Notes under the pieces: generated by a model | What the model was told of the DNA's origin: nothing | What the model saw: only the letters and a program-made list of their open reading frames with translations | The model's database searches: none | Position numbers and translations under genes: made by a program | Virus record (IMG/VR): IMGVR_UViG_3300009036_000501 | DNA: 64,000 bases | From: an uncultured virus (IMG/VR IMGVR_UViG_3300009036_000501) | Lineage: Duplodnaviria; Heunggongvirae; Uroviricota; Caudoviricetes | Reading direction: 5' to 3' (one strand) | Part shown: positions 29,257 through 39,562 of the stretch, in pieces | Position numbering within the stretch: the stretch's first letter is position 1 | How the letters are laid out: every line of letters starts with the position of its first letter

Positions 29257-30638
29257 TGAGTCCACTTTACGAACAAAGAACGAGTGCCTCTATCAGCTTC
29301 TCGATACCGGTGGGTGTAACTTAGGTGTGAGGTCTTGCGATAAAAGGGATAAGATGGTATCACCTCCTACACCCAACATTTGAGTCCACTAGGCCCAATA
29401 TCATGGACTCACCTTTTTAGCAAGGCCTAAGTGTGCATGGCGTGGAGATGGGACAAAGGTCTGACACTGAACAAGACCTTGCCATGAAGGTGAGTCCATA
29501 TATGGACTCACCTTGGACTCAATGTTTCTGTGTCGGTTACGAAAAGCTTGAAGGCCCTCTTCAGAATATATGGGATAAACACAGGTGAGTCCACATGTGG
29601 ACTCATATTTGAGTATTTAATTAGACCTTGCCATGAAAGGTTTCTTCCTTTTGGTCGGATACGTGTCGTGAGTCCACATTGGACTCATATCTCTGACCTT
29701 TTTTTTCTTAATTTTAAATTTATTTATAAATATTTAAAATTAATTTTTTTAAGGAATAATATACCCCCGTGTACGGTTATTTATATTTTATGTCGCGTGT
29801 GTGTATGTGTATATATTGGGGGGCGAAAAGTGCACATTTCATATATGACAAAGATACTTAGAATCAATAAGAAAAAGGTCAGAGACATGAGTCCAATGTG
29901 GACTCACGACACGTGTCTGACCAAGAGAAAGAAACCTTTCACAGCAAGGTCCAATTAAATATTCAAATGTGAGTCCACATGTGGACTCAGTATGGACTCA
30001 GAGGGGGGTTTGAGACGCACTCACGCCTTGCCACAAAAATGGACTCACTTGGTTCCACAGCACATACTCTTGTGGATACACATATATATTCCCGACCTTG
30101 TCGTAGAAAACATGGTCGCATGTGGGTGCATGGGAAATGTACATGAACGTTTGTGGAAAAACGCATAAAGCCCTATCACACTTCTTACCCAAAGGTATCT
30201 ACTGACAGAGAGACCTTGCCACGAAAATGGACTCACCACATCCGCATGCCCTGAAGTGTGCTCAAAACTTTCGTCATACGGGCAGAAGTGTGTAAAATTT
30301 TCTGGACATCCTAGCATAAAGATTGTATGCAGGGCTTGTCAGAAAAATGGACTCATGCACTGTGCATCTACGGGCGCGCCACATGCAATGCAATTCTCTC
30401 CTTGTCACGAAAGAGCCATCACCCATGTAGGGTTACAATTTAAGCGTCTCTTCTCTGTTCCCATCGTAGAGGGAAAGCAAGAGGCCCCTTTTCGATAAAT
30501 GGACTCACCACATACTGTGTGGATACGACATAGTATACTCAGTTATAAACCTTGTCCTCGCCGGTTTTCCCAGATGTTGGATGAGTGCCACACCATCCAA
30601 CTAAGCACTGTCCGCACCTTTCCAATAAGATGGACTCA
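29257..30638. repeat. Iteron-like array: 20 copies of TGAGTCCA/TGGACTCA; candidate replication origin
   Basis: Copies at 29257, 29381, 29404, 29491, 29503, 29514, 29586, 29598, 29669, 29680, 29888, 29899, 29970, 29982, 29993, 30040, 30228, 30348, 30500, 30631, within a ~2.6-kb gene-free region. Confidence 0.85.
29586..29989. repeat. ~120-bp imperfect inverted repeat flanking an AT-rich core
   Basis: Arms 29586-29710 and 29868-29989 align as reverse complements with 10 substitutions and one T-tract length difference. Confidence 0.9.
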
Positions 30639-31155
30639 CTCGATTGTAGGTAGTTGTAATCATTCACCGCCCCCTAAACACATAAGTCGGATATGTGTGA
30701 ATGAGCGCCATTTATTTGTGACGTGATCCCCACAGGGACTGTGTTTCTAGGTGAAAGCGAACTACCCAGCAGTCATCATCAATGTTACTCATTGGCTCAT
30801 GAACAAGAAAAAGCCCTCGGGAATATACCTTGTCCATGCGATGGATACAATATTCGGCATTATATTCTGCCAGATGAGTATCCCGTGCAATCCTTTCTGT
30901 GTCATAATGGTTTAGAGCAGATGAAAATGAACACCATTTGGTCTGAGCCCTTTGACCCTATTTAATGCGGGGAACACACATCAACATATACTTAACATGT
31001 TTATCCAAATGAGGCTCATTTGGCGTTGAACAGAGAAAGGCGGTCGGAAAACATACTTGATGACTAGATTTAGTATCTCCTATGTGGAGTATTAGATTGA
31101 CATATTAGGGACAGTGGGTTTAAAATTGGTTGAATACAAAGCTAGGAGGGTATAC

Positions 31156-32430
31156 ATGCTGGATACTGTACCATTGGCCTACCGAATGCGCCCACAAACC
31201 TTGAAAGAATTCTTCGGTCACAAAGACACCATGGCGAATCAGTCCATGTTGAAGAGCATGATCGAGAAAGACAGATTGTTTTCTTTTTTGTTTATGGGAC
31301 CTCCAGGGGTTGGAAAGACATCACTAGCCACTATTATAGCAAATCAGACAAAAAGTCATTTTGTGTTCGAACACGGGGCATCTACTACTGCTGCTGAACT
31401 ACAAAAGATATTCGCGGAAGCACAAAAACGAAAAGAAGAAACGAAGCAGGCCACTATCCTTTTCATAGATGAGATACACCGGTTCAGCAGTACACAGCAA
31501 GATAAGTTGCTGTCACATGTGGAAAAAGGAACAGTAGTACTGATCGGAGCAACTACAGAGAATGTATTTAGAGAACTGCAACCCGCACTAGTGTCGCGAT
31601 GTATGGTTATGAGACTAGAGGTGCTGAAAGATACGGACATCGAACGGATCATAAAAAGAGCGTTAAAAGACAAAGAGCGTGGGTTGGGGAGTTTTGACCT
31701 CAAGATAGAACCACAGGCATTGGAAAGAATCGTACGTGCGGCTAATGGAGATGCCAGGATTGCGCTGGGAGTCTTAGAAAAGTGCCACGTGTTCGGGCAG
31801 GGTGCAATTACAAGAGAATTGGTAGAACGTGTGGTATCCACTCAGACAATCAAGATGGATAGAAAAAGTGATGAACACTACAACTTGATTGCAGCATGGA
31901 TTCATTCCACCAATGGGTCTGATGTCCAAGCGAGTATCTATTATTTAGCAAGGATGATAGAAGCAGGAGTGCCACTGGAGTTTATATGTAGGAGAATGCA
32001 AATACTGGCCGCGGAAGATATATCTCTAGCAGACCCTATGGCTATTGTAGTGGTTAACAATTGTGTACAGGCCGCCCAAGATGTGGGGTGGCCAGAGGCG
32101 CGAATACTGCTGTCCCAAGCATCTTCGTACATGGCCCTAGCACCAAAAAGCAATAGCACATATAATGCGATCAATCAAGCTATTTCTTTTGTACGTGCTG
32201 GCAACCTTGATCCAATCCCGAAGGCGATAGCTGACCGGAGTCACCACAATAAACGGATCGGTCAAGGCTTTGACTATAAATACCCACATGACTATGAGAA
32301 TGGCTGGGTTGAACAACAGTACTTGCCCGAAAGATATAAAGATATAGAATTCTATTCCCCCAAAGATGCCACGAATGAAAAAAGAATGTATTCACATTGG
32401 CTCAGCATACAAAATAAAAAGACAGAATAG
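31156..32430 (+). CDS. rarA: Replication-associated recombination protein A (RarA/MgsA)
   Basis: PLAYRMRP, GPPGVGKT, FIDEIHRF, GATTEN, GDAR, AEDI.LADP, YKYPHDY. Confidence 0.92.
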   Translation: MLDTVPLAYRMRPQTLKEFFGHKDTMANQSMLKSMIEKDRLFSFLFMGPPGVGKTSLATIIANQTKSHFVFEHGASTTAAELQKIFAEAQKRKEETKQATILFIDEIHRFSSTQQDKLLSHVEKGTVVLIGATTENVFRELQPALVSRCMVMRLEVLKDTDIERIIKRALKDKERGLGSFDLKIEPQALERIVRAANGDARIALGVLEKCHVFGQGAITRELVERVVSTQTIKMDRKSDEHYNLIAAWIHSTNGSDVQASIYYLARMIEAGVPLEFICRRMQILAAEDISLADPMAIVVVNNCVQAAQDVGWPEARILLSQASSYMALAPKSNSTYNAINQAISFVRAGNLDPIPKAIADRSHHNKRIGQGFDYKYPHDYENGWVEQQYLPERYKDIEFYSPKDATNEKRMYSHWLSIQNKKTE

Positions 32431-32449
32431 TTATCTATTCTGTCTTTTT
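32416..32449. terminator. Bidirectional terminator
   Basis: AAAAAGACAGAATAG-ttat-CTATTCTGTCTTTTT. Confidence 0.75.
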
Positions 32450-32463
32450 CTCTCTTTGCAAGC

Positions 32464-33147
32464 TTATTTACGTTGCAATTTTTCTAAGACAAGTTGTACG
32501 AGGCATTCATGTTGCACTGCTACCGATGTGGAATCAAACACATTTTCCATTTCACGCAAGAAAGCATCTTTGTCTGCTCGGAAGATCATACCTTTGTTCT
32601 TCTGGAGAGTGTCGGCTACTTTTTCGTTGATCTCTGTCACTATCCCATTATACTTCGCACGTACAGTGCCAACAGTCGGAAGGATGGAGCCTATCACGTA
32701 TCCGTGAGAACGGCAAATGCGCGATGCGATCTCTTCTGCCGATGATGTGGGCCGTTCCTTTATAACTGGAGCGACAACCTCTATAAGTTTTCTCACGTCC
32801 TGCTCGTTACGAGGATTGTACTTCACAACTTTGTCACTTCGTACAGTCTCGTAATAAGATTTTTTGTTGACTACAGTTGCTTGTATAAATCCTTTGACCC
32901 CTGTCACACGTTCAAACTCCACCATACCAATATCTGTCTTGCTAGCACGCGCTACAAGTTCCACCTGATGCCTAACTTTTTCATAGTCTGGACTTTCTTT
33001 ATCTATGCTGAAGAGATCAAGAAATAACTTTTCTCTTAGTACTCGCGATTGTTTATAATCCTCTTTGTTGTAGTGATTATTCAAATACTTTACCACTTTT
33101 TCGAATGTTTCGTTATCAATACCTTGCGGCAACATTAGTTCCGTCAT
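32464..33147 (-). CDS. Hypothetical protein
   Basis: 227-aa ORF, GGGGGA RBS, upstream promoter. Confidence 0.7.
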   Translation of the reverse strand: MTELMLPQGIDNETFEKVVKYLNNHYNKEDYKQSRVLREKLFLDLFSIDKESPDYEKVRHQVELVARASKTDIGMVEFERVTGVKGFIQATVVNKKSYYETVRSDKVVKYNPRNEQDVRKLIEVVAPVIKERPTSSAEEIASRICRSHGYVIGSILPTVGTVRAKYNGIVTEINEKVADTLQKNKGMIFRADKDAFLREMENVFDSTSVAVQHECLVQLVLEKLQRK

Positions 33148-33402
33148 AATGTCCAGTCCCCCTGTTAGTGTTTAATGTTGGCGATTGTTGGCGATTCATG
33201 TTTTATTATAACACGTCTAAGTATATTTGCACAAGTTCGAATTTAAGTTGGAAAAGTTTTCCAATTGTTTGTGTATCCACAAACACGATGTGGAACAGAT
33301 GGAGAGATTAAACAGCATATTGGTTGACTGGGGCACATACAGGGTGATAGAATGCGATACAAATTTTGAACATGTATATAAACCAAAGGAGGAGACGCAA
33401 GT

Positions 33403-34464
33403 ATGTCAGAACCAGACGTTATCTCCACAGATAAAAAACGCATCTCATACTCACAAATGTCTTGTTATAAGAGATGTAAGAGAAAATGGTACTACCGGTA
33501 TGTTGAGAAGTTGCAGCCAATATATACCACACGGCCCCTGGCTTTGGGTAAACTGATACACATGGGAATGGAGTGTCTCTATGGCGGGAAAGACTGGCGC
33601 CAAGGCATGTTTGATATGCACATGGAGAATGTAAATCTCATTAAAGATTCGCTGGCTATGCCGGAGGAAGAAAAAGCTCAACACATAGAGGATGCTTCCC
33701 AGTTTTATGAGGATGCTATTGCAGTCTTTGAACGTTATGCAGAACATGATGCCGAAAAGCCTCTGTTGGGACCTGGGTGGAAGGTAGTATCCTTGGAAGA
33801 AGAGTTCTTGGTGAATCTGATTGGTGCAGAAGATCAATTGTATGGGTTCATCGATATGATTGTAGAAGATGCTGATGGAGGGATATGGGGGATCGAGCAC
33901 AAGTCTGGTGAGCAATTCTTCGATGTGGAACAATTGGCGCTCAATGAGCAGACATCACTCTATATCAGTGTACTCAAAAACTATTATGGCAATAACGTAA
34001 AAGGTATGATATACAATCTTGTTCGTACTAAGGTGCCATCTGTACCAAAAATGACCAAAGCAAAAGGCATGTCCAAAGCTGCTATTGATACAACATGGGA
34101 AGTGTATAAAGAAGCACTCCTAGAAAACGGACTCGATCCTGCTGACTATGTAGACATGCAGATGAAGTTAGAAAACAACAAGTTTGTAGATCGTTCTTAT
34201 ATTTACAGAACTAACAAAGAATTGAACAACTTTATTGAAGAAACAGCACATGTAATGCATGCAATCGTTGATCAAGATCCTGACACATGCTATAGAACTC
34301 CTACACGGGATTGCAAATGGGACTGTAAGGAATTCCACGAGTTGTGTATTATGGACTTGAAAGGGCTAGATACAACATACTACAAAGAACGTGCTTTTGT
34401 CACGAGACAAAGTGGTCGTGATACAGAACCAACTGAAGATCAGGAGTTGCCAGAAAACGATTGA
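33403..34464 (+). CDS. PD-(D/E)XK nuclease (RecB/Cas4-like exonuclease)
   Basis: SYSQ...C...W, G..IH, E..F, GFID, EHKS, Q..LY, C-terminal Cys cluster. Confidence 0.85.
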   Translation: MSEPDVISTDKKRISYSQMSCYKRCKRKWYYRYVEKLQPIYTTRPLALGKLIHMGMECLYGGKDWRQGMFDMHMENVNLIKDSLAMPEEEKAQHIEDASQFYEDAIAVFERYAEHDAEKPLLGPGWKVVSLEEEFLVNLIGAEDQLYGFIDMIVEDADGGIWGIEHKSGEQFFDVEQLALNEQTSLYISVLKNYYGNNVKGMIYNLVRTKVPSVPKMTKAKGMSKAAIDTTWEVYKEALLENGLDPADYVDMQMKLENNKFVDRSYIYRTNKELNNFIEETAHVMHAIVDQDPDTCYRTPTRDCKWDCKEFHELCIMDLKGLDTTYYKERAFVTRQSGRDTEPTEDQELPEND

Positions 34465-34623
34465 GACATACCGCCGAGAACCAATATACAGTATATGGAC
34501 AAATTCCATTGACATATTTCTGAGGTATGTGATAGAATACATGTATGAAATTGAGATTGGTACTGTAGTTACCTCTCGAGTAAAACTGTACCTACTCACA
34601 AATGAATGGAGGAATCATATAAC

Positions 34624-35388
34624 ATGATTAATGGCTTGAATATTGAGAAACTCTCTGAAAAAGAACCGGGTATTAAGATCATTGTGTATGGACCCCCAGG
34701 TGTGGGAAAAACATACTTTTCCAGTAGCGCTCCTAAGGCTCTATTCGTAGACGTTGAAGGTGGTACGCTGTCTATCAAAAACGCAGGGCGGCAATTGGAT
34801 GTCGTAAAAGTGAACAAGTTCCGTGATATCTTTGAAATTCACAAGTTCCTTGCCTCGGGCAAACATGAGTATGAGTCCGTCATTGTCGATTCCTTGACTG
34901 AGTTGCAAAAGAAATCCATGGACGGGATCATCGAAGAAGCATATCGCAAAGACCCAACAAAACGCGATCCGGACGTGGCTGAACTTCGTGACTGGGGTAA
35001 AAACACGGCACAACTTCGCAAAGCGGTTCGGTATTTCCGTGACCTTCCTATGAACGTTATTTTTACTGCTCTTGCAAAAGAAAGCAAAGATGAACGTACT
35101 GGAGAAATCAGCATTGGTCCTGACCTAACACCAAAATTGCAAAACGATGTTGCTGGTTATTTGGATATCATTGGTCATATGTCCGCAAAGGACAAAGAAG
35201 ATGGTATCGTACGCCAGATGCTTGTACAACCAACAGGCAAATACATGGCAAAAGACCGCTCAGGCCGATTGGGGAAAGTTGTAAATGCCCCTGATTTCCG
35301 TCAAATCTTGGATGTAATTGAGGGGCGCAGTGCATCCGCTTCGCCAGAAAAAGAACCTGCTCCTACACCATCTTCCACCACTGAGTGA
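34624..35388 (+). CDS. Sak4-like/AAA_24 phage recombination ATPase
   Basis: IVYGPPGVGKT, DVEGG, IVDSLT, AKDRSG. Confidence 0.8.
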   Translation: MINGLNIEKLSEKEPGIKIIVYGPPGVGKTYFSSSAPKALFVDVEGGTLSIKNAGRQLDVVKVNKFRDIFEIHKFLASGKHEYESVIVDSLTELQKKSMDGIIEEAYRKDPTKRDPDVAELRDWGKNTAQLRKAVRYFRDLPMNVIFTALAKESKDERTGEISIGPDLTPKLQNDVAGYLDIIGHMSAKDKEDGIVRQMLVQPTGKYMAKDRSGRLGKVVNAPDFRQILDVIEGRSASASPEKEPAPTPSSTTE

Positions 35389-35479
35389 TATTATTGACGA
35401 GTGGACAGATTTAATGATAGAGTAATACTGTAATACAGGAAATACTGTAATACCAAATAAAACCACACACTTAGGAGAG

Positions 35480-35899
35480 ATGAATACTATGCCTATTATC
35501 AACCTGGATATGTCCAAAACAGAAAACAACAACCTGATCCCAGAGGGGGAATATCAGGCGTTCGTATACGACGTTGCTCAAAGACAAAACAAAGCTGGTG
35601 ATGGCTTCTACCTTAACTGGCAGTTTAAGATCCAAGGTGGAGACAGCGAAGGAAAACTCGTCTTCCACATCACTTCTCTGAAAGACAACGCTCTGTTCAA
35701 ACTTCGTGAACTGTTGGAAGCAATTGGGTATTCGGTACCTACAGATGGTCAGTTGGAACTCGATACAGACGATCTGATGGGCAAGAAATGTACCCTTGTT
35801 ATTGGACACCGCGAGTACCAAGGCAAGCAGCAAAACGAGATTCGTGAAATCTTGACAGCTAAGGCGTCTGAGCAAGACGAGTTTGACAACGAATACTAA
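35480..35899 (+). CDS. DUF669-family single-stranded DNA-binding protein
   Basis: IPEGEY N-terminal motif, OB-like pattern, acidic/aromatic tail EQDEFDNEY; follows Sak4. Confidence 0.7.
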   Translation: MNTMPIINLDMSKTENNNLIPEGEYQAFVYDVAQRQNKAGDGFYLNWQFKIQGGDSEGKLVFHITSLKDNALFKLRELLEAIGYSVPTDGQLELDTDDLMGKKCTLVIGHREYQGKQQNEIREILTAKASEQDEFDNEY

Positions 35900-35950
35900 A
35901 ACCCACAGGACAGGGCCACGAGCCCTGTCCTTATCTATGTGTCGGCTGAT

Positions 35951-36238
35951 TCATTTACGCTCTTCTGGATGTCCGCAATACCGACAACAATCCTCGTCGT
36001 ATTCCCCATCTTCTTGTGTGTAGTCGCACAAATGATCCGGAGAATCGGGGCACCACCATCCGCTTCTGGTCTCACAAACGCCACATTTGGCTTCACCATA
36101 AGTGTCTTTTCTAAACTCATGTATACAACTGGACTTCAAGTGCTTTATTTCATCTCGGATGGTTTCTTCTTCCTTTTTCACATCTGTTAGTCTGCGTTGT
36201 AATTGTGCAAGCCTCTCTTTGATCTTTTCAGCTTTCAT
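35951..36238 (-). CDS. Small coiled-coil, Cys-rich (Zn-binding) protein
   Basis: CxxC...WWCPDSPDHLC...C.YCG; AGGAGG RBS. Confidence 0.7.
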   Translation of the reverse strand: MKAEKIKERLAQLQRRLTDVKKEEETIRDEIKHLKSSCIHEFRKDTYGEAKCGVCETRSGWWCPDSPDHLCDYTQEDGEYDEDCCRYCGHPEERK

Positions 36239-36489
36239 TCGGCCCCTCCTTTCTCTGAAAACTATTAAACCACATCAATTTGTTATACGTCAAGAGCCTA
36301 CTTCTCACGCGTGCGCCCACGGAACCTTTTCTGGAAAAGAAGTAAATTGTTTGTTATTGTTTGTGTTTGTGTGTAATAGTGCTAGAAACATAACTGTTTA
36401 TAGTATTGACAAGTGTCTAGATTTTGTGATAAAATTATATTAATCCCACATTGTGGAATATAATAAAAATGTCTAAGGAGTGTTGTCTA

Positions 36490-37830
36490 GTGTCTACTGA
36501 ACTACTTAACCAAATTTATGTCGATGAAATGCAAGAAATGGTCGGAGCTGAAATTGTTTCTGCACTTGATGCCGTGAAGAAAAACAAGGCAGAAATTGCT
36601 AAGCTTGAGGCAGAACGTGCTCAGGTTTGTCCTCCAGAAGTAAAAGAACTTGAGGATAAGATCGCAGAAGCTCTAGCGAATAAAAAGAACAAAGAAGCTC
36701 TTCGGTTACGTAAAGAACTCAAAAAAATCTACCCAAGCTCCGTGCTTGCAGGTCTGGACTTCAAGTTGGAACGAGCACGCAATTGGCGTTTGTCTAATTC
36801 CGTAGCTCCGATGATGTTCTGGGGTCCTCCAGGATCGGCAAAAACACAAGGTATTACACACGCAGTTAAAAACCTGACCAATGAAAAAGGTTTGCGTGTA
36901 GCACTTATTACAACATTCATGAGTGCTTATGACCAAGTGGCGTTGCGCGGTATGCCAACGATTGACCGTGAAAATGAGGTTACCGTTTGGTATCCACAGG
37001 AAAGCTTCCCTTCCGAACTCAACTGCGCCGACTACGACGTAGTTGTATGGATGCTTGATGAACTTTCCGCCGCATCTCGTCCTGTTCAACCTGTATTGTA
37101 CCGACTTTTGCAAGAAGGACAAATCGAGGGAATGATTCTTCCTAAGAACGTCATGATGATTGCAGCAGGTAATGACAAAGATGACCGCGCTATTGCGATG
37201 GATATGTCGTCTGCAATGTCCAACCGGATGGTGCACTTCGATGTTCGTCCTTCTTTGGACCCTTGGAAACAATGGGCTATCCAATCGGGCGTTCACCCGA
37301 TGGTTATCGCTTACCACAACTCCAACCAAGGTCAAAATCTACACAACATGGATACATCCGTAGTTGGTATGATGAAGGCTTTCCCAACGTACCGTACATG
37401 GGAGAAAGTTTCCGATGATGTTTACAAGTACCACAAAAAGCCAGAGCGTCTTCTGGACTTGCGGGTCATCGGACATGTTGGTCCTGTGGCTGGAATCGAA
37501 TTCAACACATTCTTCAAACTCTTTGATCAACTGCCTGACCCAGAAGGAATTCTGGATGGTAAAGTTGAGGCAGTTCCAAAAGAGGATGATATCATCTACG
37601 CAACTCTTTCCAACCTCGTTGCTTGCATTCTCAAGAAACACACACCTGAACGTATGGACAACTTCTTCAAGTACATTTCGGCAGTGTGTGAGACTCGGGA
37701 TGAAATGGGATACATGGCTATCAATGATATGTTCCGTTCTAAGAACAACACTGTCATTCAAATGGCTATGAAAACCGCAGGCTGGACGAGATGGGCAAGC
37801 AAGATCATCAATATGCAAAGCTGGAGCTAA
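36490..37830 (+). CDS. MoxR-like AAA+ ATPase
   Basis: WGPPGSAKT, LDELSAA, AAGN, SNRMVH, PTYRTW; GTG start after AAGGAG. Confidence 0.8.
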   Translation: MSTELLNQIYVDEMQEMVGAEIVSALDAVKKNKAEIAKLEAERAQVCPPEVKELEDKIAEALANKKNKEALRLRKELKKIYPSSVLAGLDFKLERARNWRLSNSVAPMMFWGPPGSAKTQGITHAVKNLTNEKGLRVALITTFMSAYDQVALRGMPTIDRENEVTVWYPQESFPSELNCADYDVVVWMLDELSAASRPVQPVLYRLLQEGQIEGMILPKNVMMIAAGNDKDDRAIAMDMSSAMSNRMVHFDVRPSLDPWKQWAIQSGVHPMVIAYHNSNQGQNLHNMDTSVVGMMKAFPTYRTWEKVSDDVYKYHKKPERLLDLRVIGHVGPVAGIEFNTFFKLFDQLPDPEGILDGKVEAVPKEDDIIYATLSNLVACILKKHTPERMDNFFKYISAVCETRDEMGYMAINDMFRSKNNTVIQMAMKTAGWTRWASKIINMQSWS

Positions 37831-37970
37831 ACCACAACTAGAAAGAGGACAGCAACTTTGCTGTCCTCTTTCTCTTTGTCAGGGGCGAATAAGTATTGAC
37901 TTAACGTGGTATTATGTGTTACAATAAACGCAGATTTAGATCTTATAATATATGTAAGGAGTGTTGTATT

Positions 37971-39374
37971 GTGTCAAAGTCAATTAGCGCAGCTGAGCGT
38001 ATTTCAACGGTAAAAATCGATCTTATGGAACAAGAACCTTTCCTCGCGGTGCTGGGTGTTAAAACTAGGCACGTGCTGGACAACAATGAACCCACGATGT
38101 ACGTCAATGGTAAGATCATGGGATTCAATGAGGAGTTTGTGTTGGCTCAGAGCAAAGGTACGCTTAAGGGTGTAGTAGCTCACGAAATTATGCACATCGC
38201 TTTATTGCATTTGTATCGTCGTGGTGCACGTAATAGTCTTCTCTACAACTACGCGACCGACTTTGCTATCAACTGGATTCTTCGCGAGTCAAAATTCGAT
38301 CTGCCAGATGGCGGTTTGTACAGCGCTGATTTCGCAAACATGGGTGCAGAAGTCATCTACGACAAGCTTGTAGAAGCCTTGAAGAAAGAAGGCATCGACC
38401 CCAAATCTGTTGGCAAAAACCCTTCTGGCGGTCAACAGCAGTCTGGTGGACAACAATCTGGTGGACAACAATCCGGTGGACAACAATCCGGTGGACAACA
38501 ATCTGGTGGACAACAATCTGGTGGACAATCTGGTGGACAACAGTCTGGTGATCAAGGTTCTGGCCCAAGCAATAAACAAGTACATGATGCGCTCAGCAAG
38601 CACTTCGATATCGAAGGTGACCGAGTTGTGGGTAGTCATGATATGTGGGATAAGAACATGTCGGCAGAGCAAAAACAACGCGCTACAGATGATTTAGCTA
38701 GTGCAGTCAGACAAGCACAAATGGTAGCAAACATGAAACGCCAACAACAAGGAAAAGGATCTAGTCTCATTGACCGAATGATTGATGAGTTGCTGAAACC
38801 AAAGATCACTTGGCAAAAGTACGTAAAGTCCTTGATCAGACCGCGTGAGTTGGATACTTGCTACACAAATCCGGACAGATACTACTCCTATCGGGGCGAT
38901 ATCGACATGTCTATGGGAGACATTCCTTTCCCTGGCGACACCCCTGCAGGTGAGAAACTTGAAGGAGTCGTGTTTGTACTAGACACCTCCGGTTCTATAA
39001 CCCGTCAAGAAGCAACAGGATATTTATCCGAGATGCAAGGACTTATGCGTCAATTCCCAGATACACTTGCAATGTACATGTCTTGTGATTACGACTGCAC
39101 AGACCCTGTGGACTTGCAAACCGTGGATGGAACTACTATCGATCTCAAAACTGTCAAACTTAAAGGTGGCGGCGGTACATCCTTTAAACCTCCTTTCGAG
39201 TTCTTTGCAGCACCTGAAAACAAGCGCAAGTTCGATGTTCAATTGTTGGTTTACTTCACAGATGCGTATGGGGATTTCCCAACGGAAAAACCGCCATACC
39301 CAACAATCTTCTGTGTAACAACAGATGCCATCAAGAATGTGCCTGATTGGGCTATCGCTATTGACTTGAGATAA
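37971..39374 (+). CDS. DUF2201-like HExxH metallopeptidase plus vWA-like domain
   Basis: HEIMH...H..R, N.ATD.AIN, DTSGS MIDAS, GGGGTSF, FTD.YG. Confidence 0.85.
   Translation: MSKSISAAERISTVKIDLMEQEPFLAVLGVKTRHVLDNNEPTMYVNGKIMGFNEEFVLAQSKGTLKGVVAHEIMHIALLHLYRRGARNSLLYNYATDFAINWILRESKFDLPDGGLYSADFANMGAEVIYDKLVEALKKEGIDPKSVGKNPSGGQQQSGGQQSGGQQSGGQQSGGQQSGGQQSGGQSGGQQSGDQGSGPSNKQVHDALSKHFDIEGDRVVGSHDMWDKNMSAEQKQRATDDLASAVRQAQMVANMKRQQQGKGSSLIDRMIDELLKPKITWQKYVKSLIRPRELDTCYTNPDRYYSYRGDIDMSMGDIPFPGDTPAGEKLEGVVFVLDTSGSITRQEATGYLSEMQGLMRQFPDTLAMYMSCDYDCTDPVDLQTVDGTTIDLKTVKLKGGGGTSFKPPFEFFAAPENKRKFDVQLLVYFTDAYGDFPTEKPPYPTIFCVTTDAIKNVPDWAIAIDLR
38424..38555 (+). repeat. In-frame 15-bp tandem repeat (TCYGGTGGACAACAA) encoding an SGGQQ linker
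   Basis: About 8 units, including one shortened 12-bp unit. Confidence 0.9.
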
Positions 39375-39562
39375 CTTTCATTCAAAGACTAGGGCCAGCA
39401 TTCGTGCTGGCCTTTTTCATATGTAGGCATGCTTTATGCTTTTACATAAAAAGTTTAGTGCATGCGATGGTGGAAGACACGTGTCATTCCTTATATTGAC
39501 ATGTATACTGTATTAGTGATAGAATACACATACAATATGGTATGTGGAGGTTGTATATCACT

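Noticed and set aside
29257..30638. CRISPR array
   Set aside because: Repeats are 8-20 bp, in both orientations and irregularly spaced, with no constant-length spacers and no cas operon
28811..30965. Short ORFs in the ORF track across the gene-free region (e.g. 29530-29958, 28932-29363)
   Set aside because: No convincing RBS or protein-like composition; they run through the repeats and AT tract
33403..34464. Cas4 / CRISPR adaptation gene
   Set aside because: Context (Sak4, SSB) is a phage recombination cassette; no cas1 or cas2
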